Below are positions 12,362 through 25,704 of a DNA stretch of 64,000 bases, piece after piece. Each line of letters opens with the position of its first letter. Position 1 is the stretch's first letter. Below the pieces are notes generated by a model. That model searched no databases and was not told the origin of the DNA. It worked only from the letters and a program-made list of their open reading frames with translations. The translations under genes were made by a program, and so were the position numbers. This DNA comes from Squalus acanthias (lineage: Eukaryota), in assembly GCA_030390025.1 (NCBI GenBank), contig CM059432.1:114950001-115014000 (forward strand), written 5' to 3'.

Positions 12362-13225
12362 TATGACATACGAAATAAGAGCAGGAGTAGGCCAGACGGC
12401 CCCTCGAGCCTGCTCCGCCATTCAATAAGATCATGGCTGATCTTCTACCTCAACTCCACTTTCCCGCCTGGTCCGCATATCCTTTGATTCCCTTAATATC
12501 CAAAAATCTATCAATCTCAGTCTTGAATATACACAACGACTGAGCTTCCACAGCTCTCTGGGGTAGAGAATTCCAAAGATTCACAACCCTCTGAGTGAAG
12601 AAATTTCTCCACATCTCAGTCATAAATGGCTAACCCCTTATTCTGAGACTGTGACCGCTAGTTCTAAAATCCCCAGCCAGGGGAAACATCCTCCCTGCAT
12701 CTACCCTGTCAGGCCCCTTAAAAATGGTATATGTTTCAATAAGATCCCCTCTCATTCTTCTAAACTCTAGGGAATATAGGCCCATTCCATTCAATCTCTC
12801 CTCATAGGACAATCCCCTCATCCCAGGAATTAGTCTAGTGAACCTTCATTGCACCCACTTTAAGGCAAGTATATCCTTCCTTAGGTAAGGAGACCAAGGT
12901 CTAGAAATTGGATATAGCCACGAAACGGGCAGTGTTAAGGCCTAACGATGTTAAGCTGCGCCACCTCAAAATGGCAAAATTCGTACTCACTCCTCATTAA
13001 CATGATTGTAGTCTTGATTTCAGCCCCAAACTGCTGCTCATTGGCTTAACGCTCAACAGGTGGACCACTATCGGGGCCACTCTAATTCCCAGTCATGTGT
13101 AGCACAGGCTTTACTCGGTACTTAAAGGGGAGGTGCACTGATGCTACAGCACCTCATTGTCAAGCTAGTTCCAACTGCAGCTGCCAGAAGAAGAAGAAAA
13201 TTGAAGAATAAGGAACTGCAAAGCC

Positions 13226-15110
13226 ATGGCAGAGCGTCCTCAAAGGGAGAGAGCCTGGAGATTTTTGACGCAGCTCTGGAGGGACTGGTGGTGGCCGTGG
13301 AGAGGAGGTGGGCTGTCCTCTTCCCACAGACTGGAAGGAAACCCTTGCCACACACCTCCCGAAGGATGTGGCAGGTGATAGCCGCCCATGTGACGGCCAG
13401 CGCTGTGGTGCCAAGGTTAGCTATCAAGTGCCGAACAGAAGTTTAATGACCTCGCACAAGTGGTCAAGGTGAGTGAATGCATCTTCAAATGCCATATCAC
13501 ACCATCTGCACCACAAGCTTCACACACTGCTCAATGCATCACAGCCCCATCACTCACCGACCAACAATCTCTACCTATCACCACTCTCGCCTCACAATCA
13601 TAGCTTTATTTCACCCTCACACACTTACCACTGCTGCAACACTCACACCTCACACCTTGCACACACTAACAGCTATTCAACCATGACAGGCACATCACCC
13701 AAACACATTGCACCACACTCATTCACACACTTCCCTTTCTCTTGAAGGCAAGGTGGTTCACAACTGCCGTGAGCAGTGGCAGACAGGCGGGGGGCTGACA
13801 TCCAGGACATCAGCCAGCTGGAGGAGAGAGTTCTGAACATAATTGGGTGGCAGATCGTACATGCCATGGCAACCGCGAGGTTGAACCCCTTGGGGACAAC
13901 AACGGTATGGTCATGCATAATCGTTCTTCTCACTTCCCCCTCATCCCACAATCTCTTCTCACTTGCAAGCTACAGATGCTGTATGCATAGATATCTTGCT
14001 TCCCCACCCCCCTCCCCTCACCATAACCCAACTCTTGTTCCTTTCTGCTTTCAGATAATCAACAAGAAGCACCGGAGTAGCCTGTCCTCGAGGCGATGGA
14101 GGAGAGCGAGGGGGGAGAAGAAAAAGACACAGCATCACTGCATCTGTCGCTCACAGACACCAGCTCAGAAACTGGCACTATGCATACTTTAGGGGCTAGT
14201 GTAGTAGCGATAGTAGAGGCACAGGGCACGAGTGGGCTGCAGCAAGGCCAGGGGAAAGGGTAGCTTGGGGGCAAGCTCCCCAGAGGGCGATTTTGCGTGC
14301 GAGTTCTGCTGCAAAGGACACAGAAGAGAACCTCGATGGGGTGGCCTTTAGAAAAAGGGTGATGGGCATGCACACCAAATTGATGGGTACAATGGCAAGC
14401 CTGCTGGAGAACCTCATGGCAATATCAAGGAGAATGGAGGAGTCCACCTCCAACATTGCATGTGGCTCTGTGCAGAGTTGGAGCCCATGAGTTCCAGGCT
14501 GGAAATGATGGAAGACTCACAAGAGACCGTGTAGACCCAGATGTGATGGTGCGTGTGATGGGCGATGTCGCGGCTGCCATTGCAGCACAGGCGGAAGCAA
14601 CCCAACATCTTAGTGCTGCAGCGGAAGCTCAGACTGCTCTCAGGCATTCTCAGCTTGATGCCACCCAAGCTTAGATCGCTGTCATGCAGTCTCAGCTTGC
14701 TACCACCCAAGCTCTGACTGCTGCCATCGTGGCTAGGTGTACCAGTGTCGACCGGGTCTTGAAAGGGTGTTGCAGCAGCCCAGCAATCTGTGCTCCAACA
14801 GACCACTAGAAATGCTGAGGTGCAGCACCGGGGGAGTGGCAGTGGCTCAGTGGAGCAGGACCCTGCTGTCCTCTTTCAGGATGACAGCATTCCTGTTCCC
14901 ATCACTGCCATTTTGCCCTTGCCGCTGCCTGTCAGCCAGACTGCTACCACCCATGCCGAGGTGGTGCAGTCTGCAGCTGGGCCTTCTAGGGCCAGAGCTA
15001 CTCGAGGTCATCCTGCAAGGCCATCTGAAGTCTCCCCCATAGAAACTCAGCAGCCTTCCACCAGCCATACTGCAGCCACTGGGGAACACTTCGTAGGATC
15101 ACGAGAGTAG
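13226..15110 (+). pseudogene. Harbinger Myb/SANT-like DNA-binding protein gene, three probable exons (13226-13468, 13748-13904, 14055-~15110), frameshifted
   Basis: MAERPQRERAWRF/DAALEGLV...VLFP...MWQVIA...KCR-KFNDL trihelix pattern; donors gtgagt (13469) and gtatgg (13905); acceptors ttgaag (13747) and tttcag (14054). Confidence 0.8.
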
Positions 15111-15156
15111 GAAAAGGCACACGAACGACAGACACTAAGGGATTGCACAAGGGTAA

Positions 15157-16041
15157 TTAGTTCAGTAGCCCGATGGTCTGCTCGATGATGTTCCTGGTGG
15201 AAGCATGGCTCACATTATATGAGTGCTGGGCATGAGTGTTGGGGTTGTGGAGGGGAGTCATGAGCCAAGTGGAGAGCGGATAGCCCTAGTCTCCAAGCAG
15301 CCATCCTCAAGTTTGGTGTGGTGGATGGAAGATTGCTGGCACACTGGACTGACGCGGAATGAAGGCATCATGGCCGCTACCAGGATAGCGGCCACTGACA
15401 TTGAGGAATTGCTGTGCATGGTCGCACACTGCCTGCACAGTCAGTGAGTGGTAGCCTTTGCAGTTACGGAAGATCTCAGGATTGTTATACGGCATCCGCA
15501 AAGCCATGTGGGTGCAGTCAATGGCGCCCTGCACCATGGGGAAGCCTGCTAACCTGGCAAAGCCACATGCGCGCTCGTCCTGCTTCTCATTGCTCAGAGA
15601 GAAGACGACGTAGTCCCTTTTCCTGGTGGAGAGAGCCTCAGTGACTTCTCGGATGAAACGATGGACGGCAAACTGTGAGATGTTAGCTATATCTCCTGCT
15701 GCAGACTGGAAGGATCCGCTGGCGAAGAAATTGATGGCCACGGTGACCTTGACTGCCATTGGAAGAGCCGTGTTCACCCTGCTCTCAGCCTGCAGGTCTG
15801 GTTGCAGGGGGTGGCAGAGTTCTGTGATCAACTCCTTGGTGAAGCGTAGCCTTCTAATACACTACTCCTCGCTTAAATGGATACAAGAGAAGTGCTCTTG
15901 GAAGAACCTAGGTGGGTAAGGCCTCCTGCTGAGGGCCCTCCTCCTCCTCCCTCTGTGCACATCTTCTCCTCTTCATCGCTGCCTCTGCTCCCTCTCCCGA
16001 AGATAGTCGAGCGCAAGGTGGACTGCCAGTAGAGACCCCAT
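15157..16041 (-). pseudogene. Harbinger DDE transposase (HARBI1-like family) with stops, frameshifts and C-terminal loss
   Basis: ASGSFQ, AGFPMVQGAIDCTH, RNCKGYHSLTVQAVCD, YPGSGHDA, then GWLLGD*GYPL..WLMTP and [15 protein letters not shown]. Confidence 0.92.
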
Positions 16042-18474
16042 GACTGTTAGTAAGTGTTGTGAGCAGAAGCCTGGAAATAATAATGAAGGCATTCTCCACT
16101 TGCAACAACATTCCCTGTTATTTCAGAAACGTGAAAGAAGTTTATAAAGCTGCTGGAGTTGCAGAAAGTTGCACAGAGCCAGTCAGACTGAACAAACATG
16201 TCAGGTGCAAGTGATTGTTGATGATCCCTTTAAATACCGCTGCTGGAGCCTCCTTCCAGCTTCTCAACGCTTGCTCAGCTCGACATACTTAGGGCATGCT
16301 AGTAAGTGGAGCGGTGAAGTCCAAACTCGCAGATAGGGTGTCAAGCGAGCGTTGCACACTCACTGACGTCACGATTTGCTTCATTTCAATGATTTTCACG
16401 ATCGCTGCTATCGGCATCGCTGCCAGCCACCCCGAAATAGTGGCCGTCCTGGCACCCGCCGCCAGCTGGTGGAAGAATGGCAGCCGCCATTGTTTCGTCC
16501 AATTATGGCGGCAATGGGTGGTGTTAAACCACCCAATTTCTAGGCCCAAAACAGTACTCCAGGTGTGGTCTCACCAAGGCCCTATATAATTGCAGCAAGA
16601 CTTCCTTACTCTTATAAACCAATCCTTTTGAAATAAAGGCTAACATACCATTTGCTTTCCTAATTGCTTGCTGTACCTGCATGTTATGTTCTGTGATTTG
16701 TGTACAAGGACACCCAGGTCCCTCTGAATACCAACATTTCCCAATCTCTCACCATTTAAAAAATATTCTGCTTTTCTATATTCCCTACCAAAGTGGATAA
16801 CTTCACATTTCTCCACATTATATTCCATCAGCCACGTTTTTGCACACTCACTTAAGCTGTCTATATCTCTTTGCAGCTTCTTTGCATCCTCCTCACAACT
16901 TACTTTCCCACCTAGCTTTGTATCATCAGCAAACTTTGATACATTACACTAGGTCCTCTCATCTAAGTCTTTAATATAGATTGTAAATAGCTGAGGCACT
17001 GGCACTCCTTGCGGTACCCCACTAGTTAGAGCCTGCCAATCCGAAAATGACACTTTTATTCCTACTCCCTGTTTTCTGTCCATTAACCAATCCTCAATCC
17101 ATGCTAATACATTACCTCCATCCCAATTTTGTGCAATAACCTCTAGTGTGGCACCTTATCAAATGCTTTTTGAAACACCAAATACACTACACCCACTGGT
17201 TCCCCCTTATCTACCCTGCTAGTTAAAACCTCAAAAAATTCTAACAGATTTCTCAAACATGATTTCCCTTTCATAAATCCGTGTTGACTCTGCCCAATCA
17301 TATTATGATTTTTGAAGTGCCCTGTTACCACGTCCCTAATAATAGATTCTAGCATTTTCCCTCCTCCTGATGGTTAACTGGTCCATAGTTCCCTGTTTTC
17401 TCTCTCCCTCCTTGCTACCTTCAAATCCACGTGGACTGTTTTAGAATCTAGGGAATTTTGGAAGATCAAAACCAATGCATCCACTAGCTCTGTGGCCACC
17501 TCTTTTAAAACCCTAGGATGTAGGCCATCAGGTCCAGGGGATTTGTCGGCTTTCAGTTCCTCATTCTCACTAAACCCTTGGTTCCCCATTATTTCCACAA
17601 TGTTTTTTGTGTTTTCTTCCGTGAAGACAGATACAAAGTGTTTGTTTAATGTTTCTGCCATTTCCTTATTCTCCATTATAATTTCTCCTGTCTCTGCCTG
17701 TAAGGGACTCACATTTACTTTCACTAATCTCTTCCTTTTTACATACCTATAGAAGCTCTTACAATCTGTTTTATGTCTCTTGCTAGTTTACTCTCATGTT
17801 CTCTTTTCTCTCTCTATCAATTTCTTGGTCCTCCTTTGCTGAATTCTAAATCCTCCCAATCCTCAGGCTGACTACTCTTTTTGGCAACATTATAAGCCTC
17901 TTCCTTCAAACTAATACCATCTTTAACTTCTCTTGTTACCCATGGTTGGATCAGTTATCTTGTGGGGTTTTTATTCCTGAAGGGAATGTATATTTGTTGC
18001 GAACTATGATTTTTTTTCTTTAAATGTTTGCCATTGCTTATGTACTGTCATATCTTTTAATCTGGTTTCCCAATCTACCTTAGCCAACTTGCCCCGCATA
18101 CCTATGTAGTTTGCTAAAATCAGATTTAAGACTCTAGTTTCGGATTTAACTAAATCACTCTCAAACTCAATATAAAATTCTATCATATTATGATCACTCT
18201 TCCCCAGAGGCTCCTTTACTACAAGGTTATTAATGAATCCTGTCTCATTGCACAATACTACAGCTCGACATATTGATCTAGAAAACTATCTTGAAGTCAT
18301 CCTCCACACTATTACTGCAAATTTGGTTTTCCCAGTCTATATGAAAATTAAAGCCCCCCCCCCCCCCCCCCCCCGATTACTGCATTACCCTTGTTACATG
18401 AACCTCTAATTTCCTGATTTATACTCTGCCCGACACTACAACTGCTGTTAGGGGATCTATAAACAATGCCAACC

Positions 18475-18632
18475 CAATGTGTTCTCTCTCATATATTTTT
18501 TTTGCGCGTTGTCCCTTTAAATTTGCTGATGGCCGCTGCATGTGTGGTATCTCTTCCAGCTTGTGAGCCGCCTATGCGGAACCTCCAGATAGATGTGCAG
18601 CTGTGCACCCATGCATCTTAAGGGGAATGTTG
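18475..18632. mobile_element. Old hAT-like MITE inside CR1
   Basis: Interrupts the CR1 endonuclease region; degenerate TIRs caatgtgttctctct / aggggaatgttg; possible 8-bp TSD (5/8 match). Confidence 0.45.
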
Positions 18633-19630
18633 CTCCCACCAGTGTTTTCTGCCCCTTGTTATTTCTTAGTTCCACCCAAAGTGATTCGACATCTTTTGAT
18701 TTTCCGAGCTAAGATCCTTTCTCTCTACTGTCTTTATCCCATCCTTTATTATCAGGGCTAACCACCCTGCCCCCTCCTTTCCATTCTGCCTGTCTCTTCT
18801 AAAAGTCAAGTGTCCTGGAATATTTAGTTCCTAACCCTGGTCACGCTGCAACCACATCTCCATAATGACTATTAGATCAAACCCATTTTTTTCTATCTGT
18901 GCTAATAATTCATCTATTTTGTTGCGAATGCTTCATGCATTCTGATATAGTACCTTTAACTTTAACTCTTTTTTATTTTTCCCTGTTGTCACTCTAGTCA
19001 CTGACGCCCTATTACCTTTGCTAAGCTCTCTGTCTCTTCCTGACCCACTCTGCTTCTTTTTACCCAAATCGCTACTCTGCTCTACAGCCTTGACATTTCT
19101 CTTACTGCTTTTGAATTTACCCTTTTCTGAATTCTCCCACCCCCGCTTCATTAGTTTAAAGCCCTATCTATTGTTCCAATTATTCGATTCTCTCAGACAC
19201 TGGTCCCAGCCCAGTTTAAGTGGCACCCGTCCCAATGGAGGAACAGCTCCCTCTTTCCCAAGTACTGGTGCCATTGCCCCATGAACCGAAACCCCTTCCT
19301 CCCACACCACTCGTTGAGCCACGCATTTAGCCTTCTAATCTGTTTGACCCTATGCCAATTTGCGCGTGGTTCAGAGATTATTACCTGTGAGGTTCTGCTT
19401 TTTAATTTCGACCCTAGCTCCTCAAACTCGCTCAGCAGAACCTCATTCCTAGTTCTACCTATGTCATTGGTTCCTATATGGACCACTACAACTAGATTCC
19501 ACCCCCACCCCCACCCCAACTCCAAGTTCTTCTCCAGCTGCGAGGAGATATCCTTAAACCTGGCACATGGCAGGCAACACAGCCTTTGGAACACCTGGTC
19601 ATGGCTGAAGAGAAGGCTATCTATCCCAAC

Positions 19631-20016
19631 AGTAACTATCGCAATCAAGGCTGGGGGGAGAGGCCCGCGATTGGAAGGGGGGAATCCGAAGTTTACCTTG
19701 CGGGGCCGGAGGGAGAACTCTGAATGAAGCACTTACCTTGTGGAGCCAGCAGCTCCCGCCTCCCTGGTTTCCCGGTCCCTGGGAAATCCGAGCAGCAGCA
19801 GGGAATTTTAAATTGGATTGTAGGAGGCCGATTTAAATATGTTAATTAAGTGCCCCGCCTTTCCATGATACACTTGGACGCCCCAAAATCCATCGCCGTA
19901 AAAGGGCAGCGGGCGCATATGTGGCGTATTGGGGTCGTGTTCCCCGTATTTAACCACACCCCTGACCCTTTCCTGCCCGTCATTGGGGGGGGGGGGGGGG
20001 TGTTAATATCGAGGCC
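19631..20016. mobile_element. Right part of the split Harbinger-type MITE
   Basis: Ends TTAATATCGAGGCC (inverse GGCCTCGATATTAA, similar to GGGCTGATATTTA at 12139); flanks tat/tag. Confidence 0.55.
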
Positions 20017-20098
20017 TAGTTTTCTAAATGGCTGCGGCTCTGTGATTAGTCAATGCAAAGATAGACAGAAAAACCATATTTAATTTCCAAAATGCCAC

Positions 20099-20282
20099 GG
20101 GAGATCATTTTCAACCTCTCCACCTCCGGCTGTAACCGGGGTTGGAACACGCCTGTTGTAGAACCTGCCCGATATTTATCCGATTGATTGCAATGGAATG
20201 ACAATCGGGCAGATTCTACAATGGGCGGGTGATCCACTCCGCCAGGTAACAGCACAGGCGGCGAAGTTGAAAATGATCTCCC
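20099..20282. mobile_element. 184-bp MITE, probably Harbinger-type
   Basis: Perfect 17-bp TIR GGGAGATCATTTTCAAC / GTTGAAAATGATCTCCC; TSD not clear. Confidence 0.75.
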
Positions 20283-21559
20283 ATATCTCTTACTAAAAAG
20301 GGCGAAAATGTGAATTTGAACCAAATTCAAAACAAGACTGTCACCCTTTTTTTTTAAATTGGGTAGTTCAGTTTCAAATATACGTTTGCGGCTTTTTGTA
20401 CTGATATCAAGTCACTGTAATTTAAAGAATGATAAGGAAGTTTTTCTGGACCAATTATTATTCAATGCTTATTTTTTTTAAACGTTATAATTTTTATATT
20501 AACTATCTTAATATAAAAGTATTAGAGAGGGGAACAATGTGTTGCAATTCTTTTTATACTTTCAAGCAATGATTAAGCACTTTATTACAATCATTTACTT
20601 GTACTGAAAAATTAAGACTATGTTAAGCAAATCCTGAATCCGTAACATAAAATATATAATTACTGGCCAATCATCCCCTCAAGCTACTGAAAAACAATCG
20701 GCCATTTGATGAGGAAACTGGCCAGTTATTTTGTGGTGATAAGTGCCCGACTTTCACTTTTGTTGGCTTGTGAAAAATACACTTTTAGTGATGGTAAATG
20801 ATGGCTAATTTTAAAAATGTGTGCCATCCGTGGGGAGCCATGGTCGCTGGGAGTGCATATCAGGAAATCACGGGTGCACTGCGCACAATTTTCCATCCAT
20901 TAATTTTAATGCCCATGATTTCCTACTAAGTGCTCCTTGTTGGTGAGGCTACTGACTGTGAGTGTGATATCCTAAAACTGGGCTTCACAGACCATTTTAG
21001 CAAATTAATACTTATTTTCAATTCATGGCTCCAGTACTGGGGAAAGAGGGAGCTGTTCCGTCGGGACGGGTTCCACTTCAGCATCCTGGTGAATCAAATA
21101 ACTAGGGCTGTAGATAGGGCTTTAAATGAAAAAAGGGGGGAGAGGGGTCAGGTGAGGGGAAATCTAGAAATCTAAAGAGAAAGGTCAAGGCAATAGAGCA
21201 GTGTAGCGAATTGGGTAAAAATAAGCAGTGTGACAGGAAGGGGCAGAGAGTTTAATCGTAGCAGTGCAGCAGAGAATAAGGTCAAAGCAGGGAATAATGG
21301 TAAAAAATTTAACAAGATAGACGAACTAGTGGCACAAATAGAGATAAATGGGTTTGACCTAATAGCCATTACAGAGACATGGTTGCAAGGTGGCCAAGGT
21401 TGGGAACTAAATGTTCCAGGGTACTTGACATTTTGAAAAGACAGGCAGAATAGAAAAGGAGGGGGAGTAGCCCTGATAATAAAGGATGACATAAGGGTAG
21501 TAGCGAGAAAGGATCTCGTCTCGGAAGATCAGGAAACAGAATCAGTATGGGTGGAGATA

Positions 21560-22030
21560 GAAGAAAAAAAAAGACTTGCATTGATATAGCGCCTTTCATG
21601 ACACCGGACATCTCAAAGCACTTTACAGCCAATTAAGTACTTTTGAAGTGGAGTCACTGTTGTAATGTAGGAAACGTGGCGCCCAATTTGCGCACAGCAA
21701 GGTCCCATAAACAGCAATGTGATAATGACCAAATAATCTGTTTTTGTTATGTTGGTTGAGGGATAACTATTGGCCAGGACACCGGGGATAACTCCCCTGC
21801 TTTTCTTCGAAATAGTGCCATGGGATCTTTTACGTCCACCTGAGAGAGCAGATGGGGCCTTGCTTTAACGTCTCATCCGAAAGACGGCACCTCTGACAGT
21901 GCAGCACTCCCTCAGTACTGCACTGGAGTGTCAGCCTAGCTTTATGTGCTCAAGTCCCTGGAGTGGGACTTGAACCCACAACTTTCTGACTCAGAGGCGA
22001 GTGTGCTACCAACTGAGCCACAGCTGACAC
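21560..22030 (-). mobile_element. tRNA-derived Deu-domain SINE (SacSINE1-like) with L2-type tail
   Basis: Minus-strand A box TGGCTCAGTTGG and B box GGTTCAAGTCC; central agtgccatgggatcttttacgtccacc...tctcatccgaaagacggcacc typical of the Deu domain; tail resembles the L2 end at 25190. Confidence 0.85.
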
Positions 22031-22074
22031 AAATAAGGAATAACAAGGGGCAGAAAACACTGGTAGGAGTAGTA

Positions 22075-22474
22075 CAGGAAACTTTTGTTTATCCGGCACC
22101 CAAATATCCGGAATTCTCGCTTAACCGGCAAAAATCATCCTCCGAAAACTCCTCTCAAATAACCAGCAATGTTGCCGAGTCGCAGTCGAGTCTCCGCGAA
22201 CGCCGAGTACTCCGAAAACTCCTCTCAAATAACCGGCAATGTTGCCGATCCCGAGTCCGAGTCCGAGTACGCCGATTTAGTCAGTAGGGGTAGTTTTCAA
22301 AAGTGCCACTACTCGGCCTCCTGGCGCTGTCGGAAGTATACTGCACATTTCTTGATTTATTTATTTTTCTTTGTTAAAAATAGCCTCGGTAGATATAACT
22401 CTCCGTTATCCGGTACTTTCGATAAACCGGCACCACGCCGGTCCCGTCGGTGCCTGTTAATAAAGAGTTTCCTG
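22075..22474. mobile_element. Tc1/mariner (Tigger-like) MITE in CR1
   Basis: TIRs CAGGAAACTTTTGTTTATCCGGCACC / GGTGCCTGTTAATAAAGAGTTTCCTG, TA TSD; 70-bp internal duplication (22141 and 22211). Confidence 0.88.
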
Positions 22475-25400
22475 TATATAGGCCTCCTAACAGTAGCTAT
22501 ACCGTTGGACAGAATATTAATAAAGAAATAGTAGGAGCTTGCAACAAAGGTAATGCAATAATCGTGGGGGACTTTAATCTTCATATAGACTGGACAAATT
22601 AAATTGGCAAAGGTAGTCTGGAGGACGAGTTAATGGAATGCATTCGGGACAGTTTCCTAGAACAAGACGTCATGGAACCAACCAGGGAACAGGCTATTTT
22701 AGATCTTGTATGGTGTAATGAGACAGGGTTAATTAGCAATCTCATAGTAAAGGATCCTCTGGGGCAGAGTGATCATAATATGATAGAATTTGACATTAAT
22801 TTTGAGAGTGACTTGCCTAAGTCCGAAACTAGTGTCTTAAACTTAAATAAAGCCAATTACATAGGTATCAGGGGCGAGTTGGCTAAGACAGATTGGAAAA
22901 ATAGATTAAAAGGTATGACGGTAGATAAGCAGTGGCTAGTATTTAAAGAAATATTTTATAATTCTCAACAAAAATACATTCCATTGAGAAACAAAAACGC
23001 CACGGGAAAAGTGATCCAAACGTGGCTAACTAAAGAAGTTAAGGATAGCATTAGATTGAAAGAAGAAGCTTATAATGTTGCAAAGAATAATAGAAAGCCT
23101 GAGGATTGGGAGAGTTTCAGAAACCAGCAAAGGTTGACCAAAAAATTGATGATACGGGAAAAAATAGAATGAGAGAAAACTAGCAAGAAATATAAAAGCA
23201 GATTGTAAGAGTTTCTACAAGTATGTATAAAGGAAAAGAGTAGCAAAAGTAATCGTTGGTCCCTTACAGGCTGAGACAAGAGAAATTATTATGGGGAATA
23301 AGGAAATGGCAGAAACGTTAAACAAATATTTTGTATCTGTCTTCACAGTAGAAGACACAAAAAGCATACCAAAAATGGTGGGGAACCAAGGGTCTAATGA
23401 GGGTGAGGAACTTAACATAATTAATATATGTAGAAAAAAAGTACTCGAGAAACTAATGGGACTAAAAGCCAACAAATCCCCTGGACCTGACGGCCTACAT
23501 CCTAGGGTTCTAAAAGAGGTGGCTAAAGAGATAGTGGATGCATTGGTTTTGATCTTCCAAAATTATCTAGATTCTGGAATGGTCCCAGCGGATTGGAAGG
23601 TCGCAAATGTAACACCGCTATTCAATAAAGGAGGGAGAGAAAAAACAGGGAACTACAGGCCAGTTAGCCTGACATCAGTCGTCGGGAAAATGCTGGAGAC
23701 CATTCTTAAGGAAGTGGTATCTTAGAAAATCATAACATAATTAGGCAGAGTCAACATGGTTTTATGAACGGGAAATCGTGTTTCACAAATTTATTAGAGT
23801 TTTTTGAGGAGGTAACTAGCAGGGTAGATAAAGGGGAACCAGTGGATGTAGTATACTTGGATTTCCAAAAGGCATTCGATAAGGTGCCACGTAAAAGGTT
23901 ATTACACAAGATTAGGGCTCATGGGGTTGGGGTAATATAGTAGCATGGATAGAGGATTGGTTAATGGACAGAAAACAGAGAGTAGGGATAAACGGATCTT
24001 TTTCAGGTTGGCAGGCTGTAACTAGTTGGGTGCCGCAAGGATCAGTGTTGGGGCCTCAGCTATTTACAATCTATATTAATGACCTAGATGAAGGGACCGA
24101 GTGTAATGTATCCAAGTTTGCTGATGATACAAAGCTAGGTGGGACAGTAAGCTGTGAGGAGAACACAAAGAGTCTGCAAAGGGATATAGATAGACTAAGT
24201 GAGTGGGCAGTAAGGTGGCAGATGGACTATAATGTAGGGAAATGTGAGGTTATTCACTTTGGTAGGAAGAATAGAAAAACAGAATATTTTTTAAATGGTG
24301 AGAAACTTTCAAATGTTGGTGTTGAGAGAGATTTGGGTGTCCTCGTGCAAGAAACACAGAAAGCTAGCATACATGTACAGCAAGCAATAAGTAAGGCAAA
24401 TGGCATTTTGGCTTTTATTGCAAGGGGTTTGGAGTATAAGAGTAAGGAAGTCTTGCTACAATTGTACAGGGCCTTGGTGAGACCACACCTGGAGTACTGT
24501 GCACAGTTTTGGTCTCCTAATCTAAGGATGGATATACTTGCCTTGGAGGCGGTGCAACGAAGGTTCACTAGATTGATTCCTGGGATGAGAGAGCTGTCCT
24601 ATGATGAGAGATTGTGTAGAATGGGCCTATACTCTCTGGAGTATAGAAGAATGAGAGGTGATCTCATTGAAACATACAAGATTCTGAAGGGGATTGACAG
24701 GGTAGATGCTGAGAGGTTGTTCCCCTGGCTGGAGTGTCTAGAACTCGGGGGCATGGTCTCAGGATAAGGGGTCGGCCATTTAAGACTGAGATGAGGAAGA
24801 ATTTCTTCACTCAGAGGGTTGTGAATCTTTGGAATTCTCTGCCCCAGATGGCTGTGAATACTGAGTCTTTGAGTATATTCAAGGCTGAGATAGATAAAGT
24901 TTTGGACTCTAGGGGAATCTAGGGATATGGAGATCGGGCGGGAAAGTGGAGTTGAGGTCGATGATCAGCCATGATCTTATTGAATGGCGGAGCAGGCTTG
25001 AGGGGCTGTATGGCCTACTCCTGCTCCTATTTCTTATATTCTTATGTTTTAAAAGATCTTCAAAATAGATGGTAGCAGCCAGAATGGTATGGAAAAATAT
25101 AATAGAGCTCAAAAAACTTTGGGAAGAAATTCCTCCTATTGATAGTTTCACTGAAAAGGTTGGCATGAGTATAAATTAAATTGGGAAATCAACAACAACA
25201 ACTTATATTTTTATAGCATCTTTAAGATAGCAAAACGTCCCAAGGCACTTCACGGGAGCGTTATCAGGCATAATTTGACACCAAGACACATAAGGAAATA
25301 TTAGGACAGGTGACCAAAAGCTTGGTCAAAGAGGTAGGTTTTAAGGAGGGTCTTAACGGAGGAGAGAGAGGTAGAGAGGCGGAGAGGCTTAGGGAGAGAG

Positions 25401-25704
25401 TTTAGGGCCTTGGCAGCTGAAGGCACGGCCACCAATGGTTGAGCGATTAAAATAGGGAATGAACAACAGGCCAGAATTGAAGGAGCGCAGAGATCTCGGA
25501 GCGTTGTAGGGCTGGAAGAGGTTACGAAGATAGGGAGGATGAGAATTTTAAAATTGAGGAATTGCCGAACCGGGAGCCAATGTAGCTAAGCGAACACAGG
25601 GGTGATGGGTAAACAGGACTTGGTGCAAGTTAGGAGACGGGCAGAAAAGTTTTGGATGTGCTCAAGTTTATGAAGGGTGCAAGGTGGGAGACCAACCAGG
25701 AAAG

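Larger units (their letters stand above)
12898..16546. mobile_element. PIF/Harbinger DNA transposon, formerly autonomous, now decayed
   Basis: TIRs GGTCTAGAAATTGG / CCAATTTCTAGGCC, TSD CAA; CR1 rejoins across it; convergent transposase and Myb/SANT-like genes. Confidence 0.95.
12362..19630 (-). mobile_element. Near full-length degenerate CR1 LINE (ORF1 esterase part, endonuclease, RT, 3' tail), interrupted by Harbinger and hAT-like insertions
   Basis: ORF1 SGNH-like VVVHIGTNDI (19193-19732); PLGKSDHNMIEF; KSPGPDGLHPRVLKE; QHGFMKGKSCL; KAFDKVPH; RRMRGDLIETY; tail near 12366-12430. Confidence 0.93.
21020..25048 (+). mobile_element. CR1 LINE (end of ORF1, degenerate ORF2, 3' tail) with SINE and MITE insertions
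   Basis: [59 protein letters not shown]; tail ctcctatttcttatattcttatg. Confidence 0.95.

Noticed and set aside
15307..15831. Domesticated host HARBI1 gene
   Set aside because: It sits within TIRs and a TSD, has stops and truncation, and is inserted in a CR1
18354..18375. Poly-C tract (and poly-G at 19985-20000) as a regulatory G-quadruplex
   Set aside because: Simple slippage expansion of short runs inside repeats; no supporting context
21950..22030. tRNA gene
   Set aside because: It is the tRNA-derived head of a SINE, continuous with the SINE body and tail
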